Shown here: one piece after another, positions 43,831-52,823 of the stretch | Layout: each line of letters begins with the position of its first letter | How positions within the stretch are numbered: position 1 is the stretch's first letter | Source of the DNA: Myxococcota bacterium | GTDB lineage: Bacteria; Myxococcota_A; UBA9160; PR03 | Direction of reading: 5' to 3' | DNA: 64,000 nucleotides | Assembly (NCBI GenBank): GCA_035506135.1 | Contig: DATJPY010000022.1 | Location: 40,110-104,109 of the forward strand | Program-made: the position numbers and the translations under genes | The notes under the pieces: model-generated | Seen by the model: only the letters and a program-made list of their open reading frames with translations | Told to the model about the DNA's origin: nothing | Database searches by the model: none

Positions 43831-44592
43831 TCACAGCACCATGCCTCCATTGACGCCGACCACCTGGCCGGTGATGAAGCCCGCCTCGTCGGAGCAGAGG
43901 AACCCGCACGTGGCCGCGATGTCTTCGGGCGTTCCGGCCCGGCCAACGGGGATCACGCGGGGGACGACCTTCTCGAGCTTCCCGATGTCGCCGTCGGATT
44001 CGGCGCGGCGTAGCATCGGCGTGTCGATCATGCCGGGCGGAATGGTGTTGACCGTGATCCCGTGCGGAGCGAGCTCCAGCGCGAGCGCCTTGGTGAGCCC
44101 GATCACGCCGGCCTTCGACGCGACGTAGTGCGCCATGCGCGGGGCGCCGGACTGCGCGCTCGACGACGCGATCGTCACGATCCGGCCCCACCGGGCCGCG
44201 ATCATGTCGGGAACCGCGGCCTGCACGCAGTGGAACGTCCCCGTGAGGTTCACCGCGAGGACGCGCTCCCACCGTTCGACCGTGATGTCCGCAAGGGAGT
44301 CGAATGCATCCAGGCCCGCGCTCGTGACCAGGATCCCGATGGGCCCGAGCTCCGCGCGCACCTTGCCGAGCGCGGCGTCGACGGCCGCGCGGTCGGTGAC
44401 GTCGACCTCCGCGGCGATGACGCGGGCTCCCGACTCGCGGAGCCCCTCGGCGGCGCGCGCGGCCGCCTCGCCCTGGAGATCGAGCAGCGCGACGCGGTCG
44501 CCGCGGACCGCGAGATGCCGGGCGATCGCCAGCCCCATGCCCGACGCCGCCCCGGTGACCACGGCGACTCGATCCCTGGCTCCCGTCGTCAC
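43831..44592 (-). CDS. short-chain dehydrogenase/reductase (FabG-like), 253 aa
   Basis: GTG at 44592 with GGAGG 5 nt upstream (the listed ATG at 44643 lies inside the promoter element). VTGAASGMG, YVASK. Confidence 0.85.
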   Translation of the reverse strand: MTTGARDRVAVVTGAASGMGLAIARHLAVRGDRVALLDLQGEAAARAAEGLRESGARVIAAEVDVTDRAAVDAALGKVRAELGPIGILVTSAGLDAFDSLADITVERWERVLAVNLTGTFHCVQAAVPDMIAARWGRIVTIASSSAQSGAPRMAHYVASKAGVIGLTKALALELAPHGITVNTIPPGMIDTPMLRRAESDGDIGKLEKVVPRVIPVGRAGTPEDIAATCGFLCSDEAGFITGQVVGVNGGMVL

Positions 44593-44613
44593 GATCGCCT
44601 CCGTCCCGGAAGC

Positions 44614-44673
44614 CAGTATGGACCGCCCCGGCACCGCTTGCAACCACGCTCTCGCTGGTGGAGAATGCGATTC
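44614..44673. promoter_or_regulatory. copy A of a ~60-bp duplicated promoter/regulatory element
   Basis: CAGTATGGACC-N13-TTGCAA-N17-GAGAATGCGATTC. About 52 of 61 positions match copy B at 49404..49464 by my hand alignment. The self-complementary TTGCAA can act as the -35 for both strands (minus strand: TTGCAA-N17-CATACT). Confidence 0.55.
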
Positions 44674-45671
44674 TACAGCCCCTGCGAGCCCGCGCGCCGG
44701 CTCTCCCTCCGCTGGTTCTCCCTCAGGTAGGGGGAGCTGCGGACGAGGAACCAGGTGATGACCGGTCGCAGCAGGCGGATCAGAGGCACGAGCGCGCCGA
44801 GGTCCTTCCGCATGTCGACCTTCAGATCGGCCAGGCCGCGTTTCTGGTACTGAAGGAGCTTCTGGCTCTCTTCGGTGTCCAGCCAGTCGCCGAAGAAGCG
44901 CCGGACCTCAGTCCGCACGAACGCCTCGGCGGGAAGCGACCCGATCCCCATCGCGCCCATCAGCTCGTTGCAGAACGCGCGGTGGGTCATCTGACACGTC
45001 CCGCCGCCGCCGATGTTCAGGATCTTCCCGATCGCCTCCTCACACGCCACGGCACGCGCGAGGGCCGCCGCCGCGTCCGCGGGATGGATGTACTCGAATC
45101 GGGCGTCGGCGCTGAAGTCGAAGAGGATCTTGGGATCGTACGAGTAGCCGATCAGGCGGATCGGAGGCACCGCGGCCAGCCGCAGGATGCTCCACCGGAG
45201 TCGGGACTGCCGGATCGCCTCCTCGCACGCCACCTTGTGGCGGCCGTACTCGTTGGTCGGGGAGACCGGCGTGTCGACGCGAAGCGGCGGCTCGCGATCC
45301 TGGACCTCGCCGAAGATGCCCATCGACGACGCGAAGACCAGCCGCCGCGCCGTCGGAGAGGCTTCCATCAGCGCGATCAGGTCGCGCGTGGCATCGACGT
45401 TGACGCGCCGCGCGAGCTCGGGCGCCTGCTCCGCATTGACGATGGCCGCCAGATGTACCACCGCGTCCACGCCGTCCAGCGCGGCGCGGACCGAGGCAGG
45501 GTCCGTGACGTTCCCCCACGCGACGCGCACGCGCTCGCCGAGCCGGGCGGCGAGCTTGCGCGCCTTCGGCGACTCGAGGTCGAACGCGACGACGTCGTGA
45601 CCCTCTGCGAGCAGCGCCTCCACCGTGCTCGAGCCGATGTTCCCGAACGCACCGGTCAACAGGACCTTCAC
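44673..45671 (-). CDS. NAD-dependent epimerase/dehydratase-family protein, 332 aa
   Basis: MKVLLTGAFGNIGS Rossmann start, ..YGRHK.. catalytic motif. ATGA overlap with the upstream gene. Confidence 0.8.
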   Translation of the reverse strand: MKVLLTGAFGNIGSSTVEALLAEGHDVVAFDLESPKARKLAARLGERVRVAWGNVTDPASVRAALDGVDAVVHLAAIVNAEQAPELARRVNVDATRDLIALMEASPTARRLVFASSMGIFGEVQDREPPLRVDTPVSPTNEYGRHKVACEEAIRQSRLRWSILRLAAVPPIRLIGYSYDPKILFDFSADARFEYIHPADAAAALARAVACEEAIGKILNIGGGGTCQMTHRAFCNELMGAMGIGSLPAEAFVRTEVRRFFGDWLDTEESQKLLQYQKRGLADLKVDMRKDLGALVPLIRLLRPVITWFLVRSSPYLRENQRRESRRAGSQGL

Positions 45672-47392
45672 GACGCGACGGCCCGCGATCGAGCGCGACG
45701 AGGGTCCCGCAGATTCGGGGCGGAGAGCTCCTGGAGAGCGGCGAGGAAGAGCTCGTCAATTCTCGGACTGAGGTCCGCGAGCGTCGGGGCGTTGGCGTGG
45801 CTGGCGGAGCCGAAGACGCGGTACAGCGCGTCGCTCGGGGTGGAGGCGCCGATCGAGAGGCAGAGGCAGGCGACGCCGTCGGCGCGGAGCTCTTCGAGGG
45901 CCTTGCGGGCGTCGGCCTCGGCGTACCTGGATTCATAGCCGTCGTCGTAGAGGACGCCGTCGGAGAGGACGAGCAGCAGCCGGTTGGGTGTGCCGGCCTC
46001 GGTCTTGAGGATCTCGCCGGCATGGCGGACGCCGGCACCGAGGCGTGTGTACCCGACCGGCTCGAGTCGGTGGAGTCGAGAGAGTCCCCCCGCGCTGAAG
46101 CGCTGGGCGAAGGGCTTGAGGGCGAGGAGGTGGACGGCGGATCGGCCGTGGGAGCGGAAGCCGTAGACGGCGACGCGGTCGCCGAGCTGCTCGAGTGTCA
46201 CCGCCAGCGTCGCGGCGGCCCGTCGCTGGTGCTCGTGTACGGAGAGGCCGTCCGGATCGGTCTCGGTCGCCGAGCCGGAGGCGTCGAGCAGGATGAGGAC
46301 GCCGAGGTTGCGAGCGAGCTTGCGTCGCTCCAGGTAGATGTGCTCGGGAGGGGAGTAGCCGGCGCGCAGGTCGACCGACAGGTCGATGAGGGCCTCGATG
46401 TCGAGGTCGTCGCCATCGGGTCGGCGGCGGAAGACCTTGGGGCCGAGGCCCAGGCGGCTCAAGCGCCTGCGCAGCACCTCGTCGTGCTGAACACCGGCGG
46501 CGCGGACGTCGGGGGCCGAGCTCAGCGGGAAGTCGATGACCCGACACCACTCCGGCCGATACCGATTCCTGTGTATGTCCCACTCCGGATAGAGGGCGCC
46601 GCCCACGCCGACCGCAGCGACCGGCTTGCCGTCCGTCGTGAAGCGGAGAGGCGTGGGGAGCGGGCGAGCGTTCGGCCCCACACGGTCGACGCGCCGAATC
46701 GACCGCGCCGGCATCTCGGCGCCGGCCGGGCCGTCACCCGGAGAGCGGGACATGCCGAGGAGCTTGTACAAGAAGTCCGCGAGAGCCCTCGAGCTGAGCG
46801 GGTTCTCGAACAGCTTGAGGATCCTGCTCTCCTCGCCCTCCCGCTCGTCGCCCTCGTCGTGCGCGTCGGGAACACCGGTCTGCTCGCGCTCGACGCGGCG
46901 ATCGCGATCGCCGGGCTGTGCGCCCGGCCCCACCGCCGGCGCATCCAGCAGCCGGGAGGGGCGGAGGACGCCGAACCACTCCGGCGGATCGGCGACGGCG
47001 CTTCGACCACCGGCCACCGCGAGCGACTCGTCGGCCGTCGACGTGGTCGGCTCACCGATCGGACCGAGCGCCTGCGCCAGCGGCAGCCGGCTGGCGAGCT
47101 CGGCGAGCACCCGGCGACCTTCGAGCGCCAGGTACCGCCGTGCGAGCTTCGGACGTCTCCGCAGCGCCCGGATCCGGCGGTGATCGAGGCTTCCGGCGCC
47201 GAGGAGAGCGCCTTGGACGAGCACCTCCCGGCGTTGCTCCGCGACGGAGCGGCCCGCGGAGACGAACACGAGACGTCCGTCCGTGTAGGCGGCTTCGCCG
47301 GCAGGTGCCTCGACGACGCCGAGGGGTCGACCCGCGAGGAAGGCAGCGAGGAGCCGGAATCGATCGGGGCTCCCCGAGTCCGAGGCCGTCAC
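45668..47392 (-). CDS. NorD/CbbO-like von Willebrand factor A domain protein, 574 aa
   Basis: GTG at 47392 in a GTGA overlap with the ATPase gene. C-terminal VWA domain with MIDAS LILLDASGS. The 757-aa listed ORF is an off-frame extension over the ATPase gene. Confidence 0.8.
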   Translation of the reverse strand: MTASDSGSPDRFRLLAAFLAGRPLGVVEAPAGEAAYTDGRLVFVSAGRSVAEQRREVLVQGALLGAGSLDHRRIRALRRRPKLARRYLALEGRRVLAELASRLPLAQALGPIGEPTTSTADESLAVAGGRSAVADPPEWFGVLRPSRLLDAPAVGPGAQPGDRDRRVEREQTGVPDAHDEGDEREGEESRILKLFENPLSSRALADFLYKLLGMSRSPGDGPAGAEMPARSIRRVDRVGPNARPLPTPLRFTTDGKPVAAVGVGGALYPEWDIHRNRYRPEWCRVIDFPLSSAPDVRAAGVQHDEVLRRRLSRLGLGPKVFRRRPDGDDLDIEALIDLSVDLRAGYSPPEHIYLERRKLARNLGVLILLDASGSATETDPDGLSVHEHQRRAAATLAVTLEQLGDRVAVYGFRSHGRSAVHLLALKPFAQRFSAGGLSRLHRLEPVGYTRLGAGVRHAGEILKTEAGTPNRLLLVLSDGVLYDDGYESRYAEADARKALEELRADGVACLCLSIGASTPSDALYRVFGSASHANAPTLADLSPRIDELFLAALQELSAPNLRDPRRARSRAVAS

Positions 47393-48204
47393 GCTCGGGG
47401 GAGGACCGCGTCGACGAGCTCGCCGAGCGCGCGGACCACGTCGGGGTCGTCCGAGAGCGTCTGGACGACGGCCGACTGGACCGCGCTGCGCAGGCCGAGC
47501 CCTTCCGCGACGAGCCCGCCGGCCAGGATCAGCAGCCGCGTCGAAGCCACCTCTTGAAGCGGCGTACCCTGCAGCTTTCGGATGGCGTTGCCGACCCTGA
47601 CCAGGGCTCGCGCGGTCTCGACCTCGACGCCCGCCTCGTGGGCGACCACCTCGGTCTCGACGTCGGCGGGTTGGAAGTCGAGCTCGATGGCCACGAAGCG
47701 CTGACGGGTCGACTCCTTGATGTTCTTGAGGACGCTCTGGTAGCCGGGGTTGTAGGAGATCACGAGCTGGAACCCGGGCGCTGCCTTCAGCGTGATGCCG
47801 AGCCGGTCGACCGGAAGCTCGCGGCGATGGTCGGCGAGGGGATGGATCACCACGGTGGTGTCCTGGCGGGCCTCGACGATCTCGTCCAGATAACAGATGG
47901 CGCCCTCGCGCACCGCTCGAGTCAGGGGTCCATCGACCCACGTCGTCTCTCCACCCGTGAGCAGGTACCGCCCGACCAGATCCGCCGAGGTCAGGTCCTC
48001 GTGACCCGCGACGGTGATCAGGCTCCGACCCAGCTCATGGGCCATCGCCTCCACGAAGCGAGTCTTCCCGCACCCCGTCGGGCCCTTCAGCAAGACGGGC
48101 AGACCGCGGCGAGCCGCCGCGCGAAACACCTCGACCTCGTTCGCCACGGCCCGGTAGAACGGCGCCTCCGCCGCAGGACGAATGGGCCTTTGTGCAGTGG
48201 CCAA
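47389..48204 (-). CDS. CbbQ/NorQ/NirQ-type MoxR AAA+ ATPase, 271 aa
   Basis: TTG start 3 nt after the upstream stop. Walker A GPTGCGKT, Walker B ICYLDEI, typical ~270-aa length. Confidence 0.9.
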   Translation of the reverse strand: MATAQRPIRPAAEAPFYRAVANEVEVFRAAARRGLPVLLKGPTGCGKTRFVEAMAHELGRSLITVAGHEDLTSADLVGRYLLTGGETTWVDGPLTRAVREGAICYLDEIVEARQDTTVVIHPLADHRRELPVDRLGITLKAAPGFQLVISYNPGYQSVLKNIKESTRQRFVAIELDFQPADVETEVVAHEAGVEVETARALVRVGNAIRKLQGTPLQEVASTRLLILAGGLVAEGLGLRSAVQSAVVQTLSDDPDVVRALGELVDAVLPRA

Positions 48205-48207
48205 CGG

Positions 48208-49371
48208 TCAGTTCGCTCGGTCGAAGGGAACGATCTTCGGGAGCTCCGTCCCTTCGGGAAGGACCACGGTGCCATCCGGGCCGATGTAGGCGGAGGTCGT
48301 GCCCCGATCGATGGGGAGGGAGGGATGGGGGCAGAGTCGCCCCGTGCCCTCACCACAGATGCCCATGGTGAAGTACGAGCGCTTCTGGATGTCCTCCGGC
48401 CAGGGGCCCGCGTGCATCGCCAGCCACTGGGCCGGAATGTTGTAGAACACGAAGAAGAACATGCTGACCGCCCCGAAGATGGCCAGGAAGCGCATCGACT
48501 GCAGCTTCGCGAAGCCCCCGTGGACGCGTTCCAAGCCGCGCTCGACGAAGGTCCGCCCTCGATCGTCCGTGAAGTAGCGCAGAGAGCAGAACCCGGCCTG
48601 GACGCCACCCCACAATATTCCTTCGTAGACCGGGTACTGATAGTAGGTGCCGGGAAAGAGTGAGAGCGACCGGATCGCTCCGGGGTAGGTGAAGAGGCCC
48701 ATCGGCATCAAGAAGAGCCCCTCGATCACGATGTCGAAGAAGAAGGTGAAGACCACCAGGACGCCGAGCAATCCGAGGACACCGATGTCCGGCCAGCGCG
48801 CTTTGGCACGCCGCATGACCCAGCATCCGAGCATCGTGCAGATGAGGACGCCCCATGCGTAGCCTGGGGCGTTCATCAGGAGCGGCTCCGCCATCATCCG
48901 ACCGGGCTTGCCCCACGAGACCCAGCCCGGCACGTCCAACACCCACGAGCCCCGGTTCCACATCCAGGTGTTGTAGGTGGACCAGGTGTTGAAGTAGTTC
49001 AGCAGCGGGTCCTGGAAGAACACCAGTCCAAACGCGCCGATCAGCATGCCGTCGGTCGTGATGCGCCGCTCCCGACGCCACGGCCGGATGATGAAGTAGT
49101 AGATGGCGACGGGGAACCCGAGCATAATGACGCTCGTCCAGGTGACGAGGGCGATCTTCATCCAGGTCGGCGGATCGCTCGGTCCGGGAGGTACCCGCAC
49201 GAAGTTCGGACCGGTGATCCACCGGGCCCAGACGTAGAGCTGCACGGCGAGGATCGCGCCTCCGGCGAGGGCCCACGCCTGGACGGGCTGGACCGAGGAC
49301 TGTGCCTGGGCGGCCCACGACTCGGTCCGGACCTCCAGGACCGCGGCCTTTCCGCTCGATACCGACTGCAT
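48208..49371 (-). CDS. polytopic membrane protein, AveC (spirocyclase)-family-like, 387 aa
   Basis: ATG at 49371 after GGGAGG. About 8 TM helices. ..FFQDPLLNYF.. block shared with 14932..16041. Family name from memory (low certainty). Confidence 0.6.
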   Translation of the reverse strand: MQSVSSGKAAVLEVRTESWAAQAQSSVQPVQAWALAGGAILAVQLYVWARWITGPNFVRVPPGPSDPPTWMKIALVTWTSVIMLGFPVAIYYFIIRPWRRERRITTDGMLIGAFGLVFFQDPLLNYFNTWSTYNTWMWNRGSWVLDVPGWVSWGKPGRMMAEPLLMNAPGYAWGVLICTMLGCWVMRRAKARWPDIGVLGLLGVLVVFTFFFDIVIEGLFLMPMGLFTYPGAIRSLSLFPGTYYQYPVYEGILWGGVQAGFCSLRYFTDDRGRTFVERGLERVHGGFAKLQSMRFLAIFGAVSMFFFVFYNIPAQWLAMHAGPWPEDIQKRSYFTMGICGEGTGRLCPHPSLPIDRGTTSAYIGPDGTVVLPEGTELPKIVPFDRAN

Positions 49372-49403
49372 CGCCAGTCCTCCCTCGCGGGTTCACCGGC
49401 AAT

Positions 49404-49464
49404 CAGTATGGACCAGGCCCGGGACCACTTGCAAGCTCACTCTCGCTAATGGAGAATGCGATTC
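49404..49464. promoter_or_regulatory. copy B of the duplicated promoter/regulatory element (divergent promoters)
   Basis: CAGTATGGACC-N14-TTGCAA-N17-GAGAATGCGATTC. Plus strand TTGCAA-N17-GAGAAT faces the Rieske gene at 49507. Minus strand TTGCAA-N18-CATACT faces the AveC-like gene at 49371. It is followed by hairpin CCCTCGC-aggac-GCGAGGG (49466-49484). Confidence 0.55.
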
Positions 49465-49506
49465 CCCCTCGCAGGACGCGAGGGTTGAGAGGCAGAGGGC
49501 TCGCCC

Positions 49507-50784
49507 GTGGGTCGCTTCCAGAGGCCGCCGGAGGGGACCTGGACCGAGCACCATCCGGAGCTCGGCACGGGGCTCGTCTCGTTCGAGGACTCGATCTCCC
49601 CCGCCTTCTACGAGCTCGAGCGCGAGGCGATCTTCAAGCGCGCCTGGCTCAACATCGGCCGGATCGAGCAGCTTCCCCGGAACGGCAGCTACTTCACCAA
49701 GGATCTCACCGGGCTCCGGACCTCCATCCTCGTGTCGCGCGACCTCGAGGGACGCGTGCGAGCCTTCCACAACGTGTGCAGACACCGCGGGAATCGGCTG
49801 CTGTGGGAGGGCACGCCTCGCGGCGAGTCCTCAGGCAACGCGCGGCAGTTCGTCTGCAAGTATCACGGCTGGCGCTACGGCCTCGACGGCGCGTGCACCT
49901 ACGTGCATCAGGCGGGCGAGTTCTTCGACCTGCGCAAGGAGGAGCTCCGCCTGGCACCGCTGCACTGCGACACCTGGGCGGGCTTCGTCTTCGTGAACCT
50001 CGCCCGCGAGCCCCGGCAGACGCTGCGGGAGTACCTGGGGCCGATGGTCGGGGCGCTGGAGGGCTATCCCTTCGAGAAGATGACCGAGCGCTACTCGTTC
50101 CGCGCGGAGAACAACAGCAACTGGAAGGTGTTCAGCGACGCGTTCCAGGAGTACTACCACGTCCCGCCACTCCACACGCATCAGCTCGGCCCCACACAAG
50201 AGGCACAGAACCCCGAATACGAGTTCGAGGCCGCGCACTACCAGATCGATGGGCCGCACCGCATGGTGACCACGAGCGGCACCCACAAGCACACCTGGCC
50301 GGCGAAGCACCTCTATCCCACCGAGGCGCTGACGCGCAGCGGCAGCACCGGACCCTGGGACGCGCCGTTCCTCGGAGCGACACTTCCTGGCGTCAACCCC
50401 TCTCGGATCTCGCGCTGGGGCATCGACAACTTCCAGGTCTTCCCGAACCTCGAGATCCTGATCTACGAGCGCGGCTGGTACGTCACCTATCGGTACTGGC
50501 CCACGTCCCACAACACGCACGTGTACGAGGCCGATCTCCACTTCGTGCCCGCCCGGAGCCCGAGGGAGCGCCTGGCGCACGAGTACGCCGCGATCACGTT
50601 CAAGGAGTACGGCCTGCAGGACTGCGGCACACTCGACGGCACGCAGATGGGCCTCGAGCAGGGGGCGTTCCGCGAGTTCCCGCTGAACGACCAGGAGATC
50701 CTGGTGCGCCACTTCCACAAGACGGTGGGCGACTGGGTCGACGCCGCCCGCGCCCGCGAGCGGGCGGAGGGTCCGCCCCGGTGA
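49507..50784 (+). CDS. Rieske [2Fe-2S] non-haem-iron oxygenase alpha subunit, 425 aa
   Basis: GTG start after GAGGG. CRHRG..x..CKYHGW. NWKVFSDAFQEYYHVPPLH. Closely alignable with 42507..43808. Confidence 0.9.
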   Translation: MGRFQRPPEGTWTEHHPELGTGLVSFEDSISPAFYELEREAIFKRAWLNIGRIEQLPRNGSYFTKDLTGLRTSILVSRDLEGRVRAFHNVCRHRGNRLLWEGTPRGESSGNARQFVCKYHGWRYGLDGACTYVHQAGEFFDLRKEELRLAPLHCDTWAGFVFVNLAREPRQTLREYLGPMVGALEGYPFEKMTERYSFRAENNSNWKVFSDAFQEYYHVPPLHTHQLGPTQEAQNPEYEFEAAHYQIDGPHRMVTTSGTHKHTWPAKHLYPTEALTRSGSTGPWDAPFLGATLPGVNPSRISRWGIDNFQVFPNLEILIYERGWYVTYRYWPTSHNTHVYEADLHFVPARSPRERLAHEYAAITFKEYGLQDCGTLDGTQMGLEQGAFREFPLNDQEILVRHFHKTVGDWVDAARARERAEGPPR

Positions 50785-51116
50785 GCCACAAGCTGCTTCC
50801 GTCGGAGTTCGCCGAGCTCGAGCCGTGGGCCGCCACGTGGTGTCTGCGGACGGAGCCCGAGCGCTGGTCGCAGCGCCTCGCGAGCTCCATGAAGGAGCTG
50901 CGGGCGTTCTACGACGCCTTCTTTCCCCGGGCCGAGCAGGCGATCGCGTATTGCGACCGCTTCCCGCTCGACGCGATGCCCGCGGACGCCGAGCGTCTGC
51001 TGCAGCTCCTGCACTCGCTGCTCCTGGTGTCGTATGCGGTCGAGGTCTGGAAGCAGCCCGAGGTGATCCACTCCGGGTCCGCGCGCATCGATCGCGTCCT
51101 GGAGCCCCGTCCCTGA
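50781..51116 (+). CDS. conserved 111-aa protein of unknown function, Rieske-oxygenase-associated
   Basis: GTG at 50781 in a GTGA overlap with the Rieske stop. Paralogue of 42168..42503. Only the last 111 codons of the 604-aa listed ORF are credible. Confidence 0.7.
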   Translation: MSHKLLPSEFAELEPWAATWCLRTEPERWSQRLASSMKELRAFYDAFFPRAEQAIAYCDRFPLDAMPADAERLLQLLHSLLLVSYAVEVWKQPEVIHSGSARIDRVLEPRP

Positions 51117-51142
51117 CGTCGTCGCCGCCAAGGAGGCCGAGC

Positions 51143-51976
51143 ATGCCCCGCCTGACCCGGTTCGAGGAGTACCGCGACCGGTACCCGGACTTCGCCCTCG
51201 AGAAGACGAACGACGGCATCCTGCTGATGAGGATGCACCGCGACGGCGGTCCCGCGGTCTGGGACGAGCGGACCCATCACGACACGGCCAACCTCTTCAA
51301 CGACGTCGCGGGCGATCGCGACGTCCGGGTCGTGATCTACACGGGGACCGGGAACAACTTCAACGCCAACTGGGGGCAGGAGGGCAAGCGGCCCTCGTTC
51401 AAGGCTCCGGCCGAATGGGCGGAGGAGATGGGATGGTACGGAAGGCACCGGCACCTCAACATGCTGGAGATCGACGCCATCATGATCGCGGCGGTGAACG
51501 GCCCCTCGAACATCCACTCCGAGCTGGCCCTGATGTGCGACATCGTCCTCGCGGCGGACGACGCGTACTTCCAGGACCTGGCGCACTTCCCGCGCAATCT
51601 CTCTCCGGGCGACGGGATCCAGAACATCTGGCCGCTGGTGCTCGGGCGAAATCGCTTCCGCTACGCGCAGCTCATGGGCCAGAAGATCACGGCGCAGATG
51701 GCGCACGACTGGGGCGCGGTGAACGAGGTGCTGCCGAAGGCTGCGCTCCTGGATCGGGCCTGGGAGATCGCGCGGTATCTCCTCCGCTTCTCGCCGATCG
51801 TCCTGCGCCATACGCGCCGCACCTTCGTCCAGGAGTTCAAGCGAGCCGCCGTCAACGACCTGGGCTACGGGCAGACGATGGAGATCCTGGGCATGACGCA
51901 GTTCACCCCCTACGGCGGAGGCATGCGGCCGCTCGACCGCGCCTGGGACGATCCCGATCTGTGGAAGAAGGGATGA
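51143..51976 (+). CDS. enoyl-CoA hydratase/isomerase-family (crotonase-fold) protein, 277 aa
   Basis: ATG at 51143 after AGGAGG. ..VVIYTGTGNNFNANWG.. and ..IAAVNGPSNIHSE.. crotonase-fold blocks. The oxyanion motif is atypical. Confidence 0.7.
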   Translation: MPRLTRFEEYRDRYPDFALEKTNDGILLMRMHRDGGPAVWDERTHHDTANLFNDVAGDRDVRVVIYTGTGNNFNANWGQEGKRPSFKAPAEWAEEMGWYGRHRHLNMLEIDAIMIAAVNGPSNIHSELALMCDIVLAADDAYFQDLAHFPRNLSPGDGIQNIWPLVLGRNRFRYAQLMGQKITAQMAHDWGAVNEVLPKAALLDRAWEIARYLLRFSPIVLRHTRRTFVQEFKRAAVNDLGYGQTMEILGMTQFTPYGGGMRPLDRAWDDPDLWKKG

Positions 51977-51983
51977 GATCCGA

Positions 51984-52823
51984 ATGGACGATCTGAAGGG
52001 GCGGGTGGCCGTGGTGACCGGCGGCGGAAGCGGGATCGGGCGCGGCATCGCGCTCGCGCTCGCTGCCGAGGGGATGCTCGTCGCGGTCGCCGACATCCAG
52101 CGGGCGAACGCCAAGGCGGTGGCCGCGGAGATCGAAGGCCGGGGCGGTCGCGGATTCGGGAGCGAAGTCGACGTGACGTCCGTCGCATCGCTCGCCGCGG
52201 CGGCCGACGAGACCCTGGCGCGGGCCGGCGGCGTGAACCTGCTGTGCGCGAACGCGGGCGTGCTCGCGCGCATCGGACCGCTCGCCAAGCACACGATCGA
52301 CGATTGGGAGTACACGCTCTCGGTCAACGTGCTGGGCATCGTGAAGACGGTCGCCGCCTTCCTGCCCGCCTTGCGCCGGAGCGCGCCGGACGCGCACATC
52401 GTGACCACGGCCTCGCTCGGGGGTCTGCTGTCGGACGTGCGCGCACCGATCGGCGCCTACGTCGCATCGAAGTACGCGTGCGTGGGCTACAGCGAGATGC
52501 TCCGCGCGGAGCTCGAGGGCGAAGGCATCGGCGTCTCGGTGCTCTGCCCGGGCGTCGTCGCCTCGAACCTGATGGAGACGTCCGCCGAGAACCGACCCGG
52601 CGCGTTCGGCGAGCAGGCGACCCCGCAGCTCGCTGCAGCCGGCGGCGCCAGTGCTCCATCGCCTCCGCCGAAGGCGATGGCCGCCGAGGACGTGGGCCCG
52701 ATCGTGATCCGCGCGATCCGGGCGAACCGCTTCCACGTGCTGACGCACCCGCGTGCGCGGCCGCTCGTCGAGGCCCGCTTCCAGGCGATGCTCGCAGACT
52801 TCGAGTTCGCTGCGGGCGGGTGA
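51984..52823 (+). CDS. short-chain dehydrogenase/reductase, 279 aa
   Basis: VTGGGSGIG, YVASK. Confidence 0.85.
   Translation: MDDLKGRVAVVTGGGSGIGRGIALALAAEGMLVAVADIQRANAKAVAAEIEGRGGRGFGSEVDVTSVASLAAAADETLARAGGVNLLCANAGVLARIGPLAKHTIDDWEYTLSVNVLGIVKTVAAFLPALRRSAPDAHIVTTASLGGLLSDVRAPIGAYVASKYACVGYSEMLRAELEGEGIGVSVLCPGVVASNLMETSAENRPGAFGEQATPQLAAAGGASAPSPPPKAMAAEDVGPIVIRAIRANRFHVLTHPRARPLVEARFQAMLADFEFAAGG

Noticed and set aside
43831-44643. Listed ATG start at 44643 for the FabG-like SDR (270 aa).
   Set aside because: It would place the start codon inside the conserved promoter element and add 17 non-homologous residues. The GTG at 44592, with a GGAGG 5 nt upstream, fits the SDR N-terminus (..VAVVTGAASGMG).
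44658-45938. 426-aa plus-strand ORF immediately downstream of the plus-facing TTGCAA-N17-GAGAAT in element copy A.
   Set aside because: The translation has no motifs and is Arg/Asp/Glu/Pro-rich. It is antisense to a clean NAD-epimerase gene (GAFGNIGS, YGRHK). The promoter-like half is more likely conserved as a binding site.
45668-47941. 757-aa version of the VWA protein, and the analogous over-extensions 49302..51116, 19288..21450, 29692..31230, 33310..34899 and 40140..41393.
   Set aside because: The upstream parts overlap the preceding well-supported gene in another frame and are compositionally junk. Credible homology starts at internal GTG/ATG codons that sit in 4-nt overlaps with the upstream stop.
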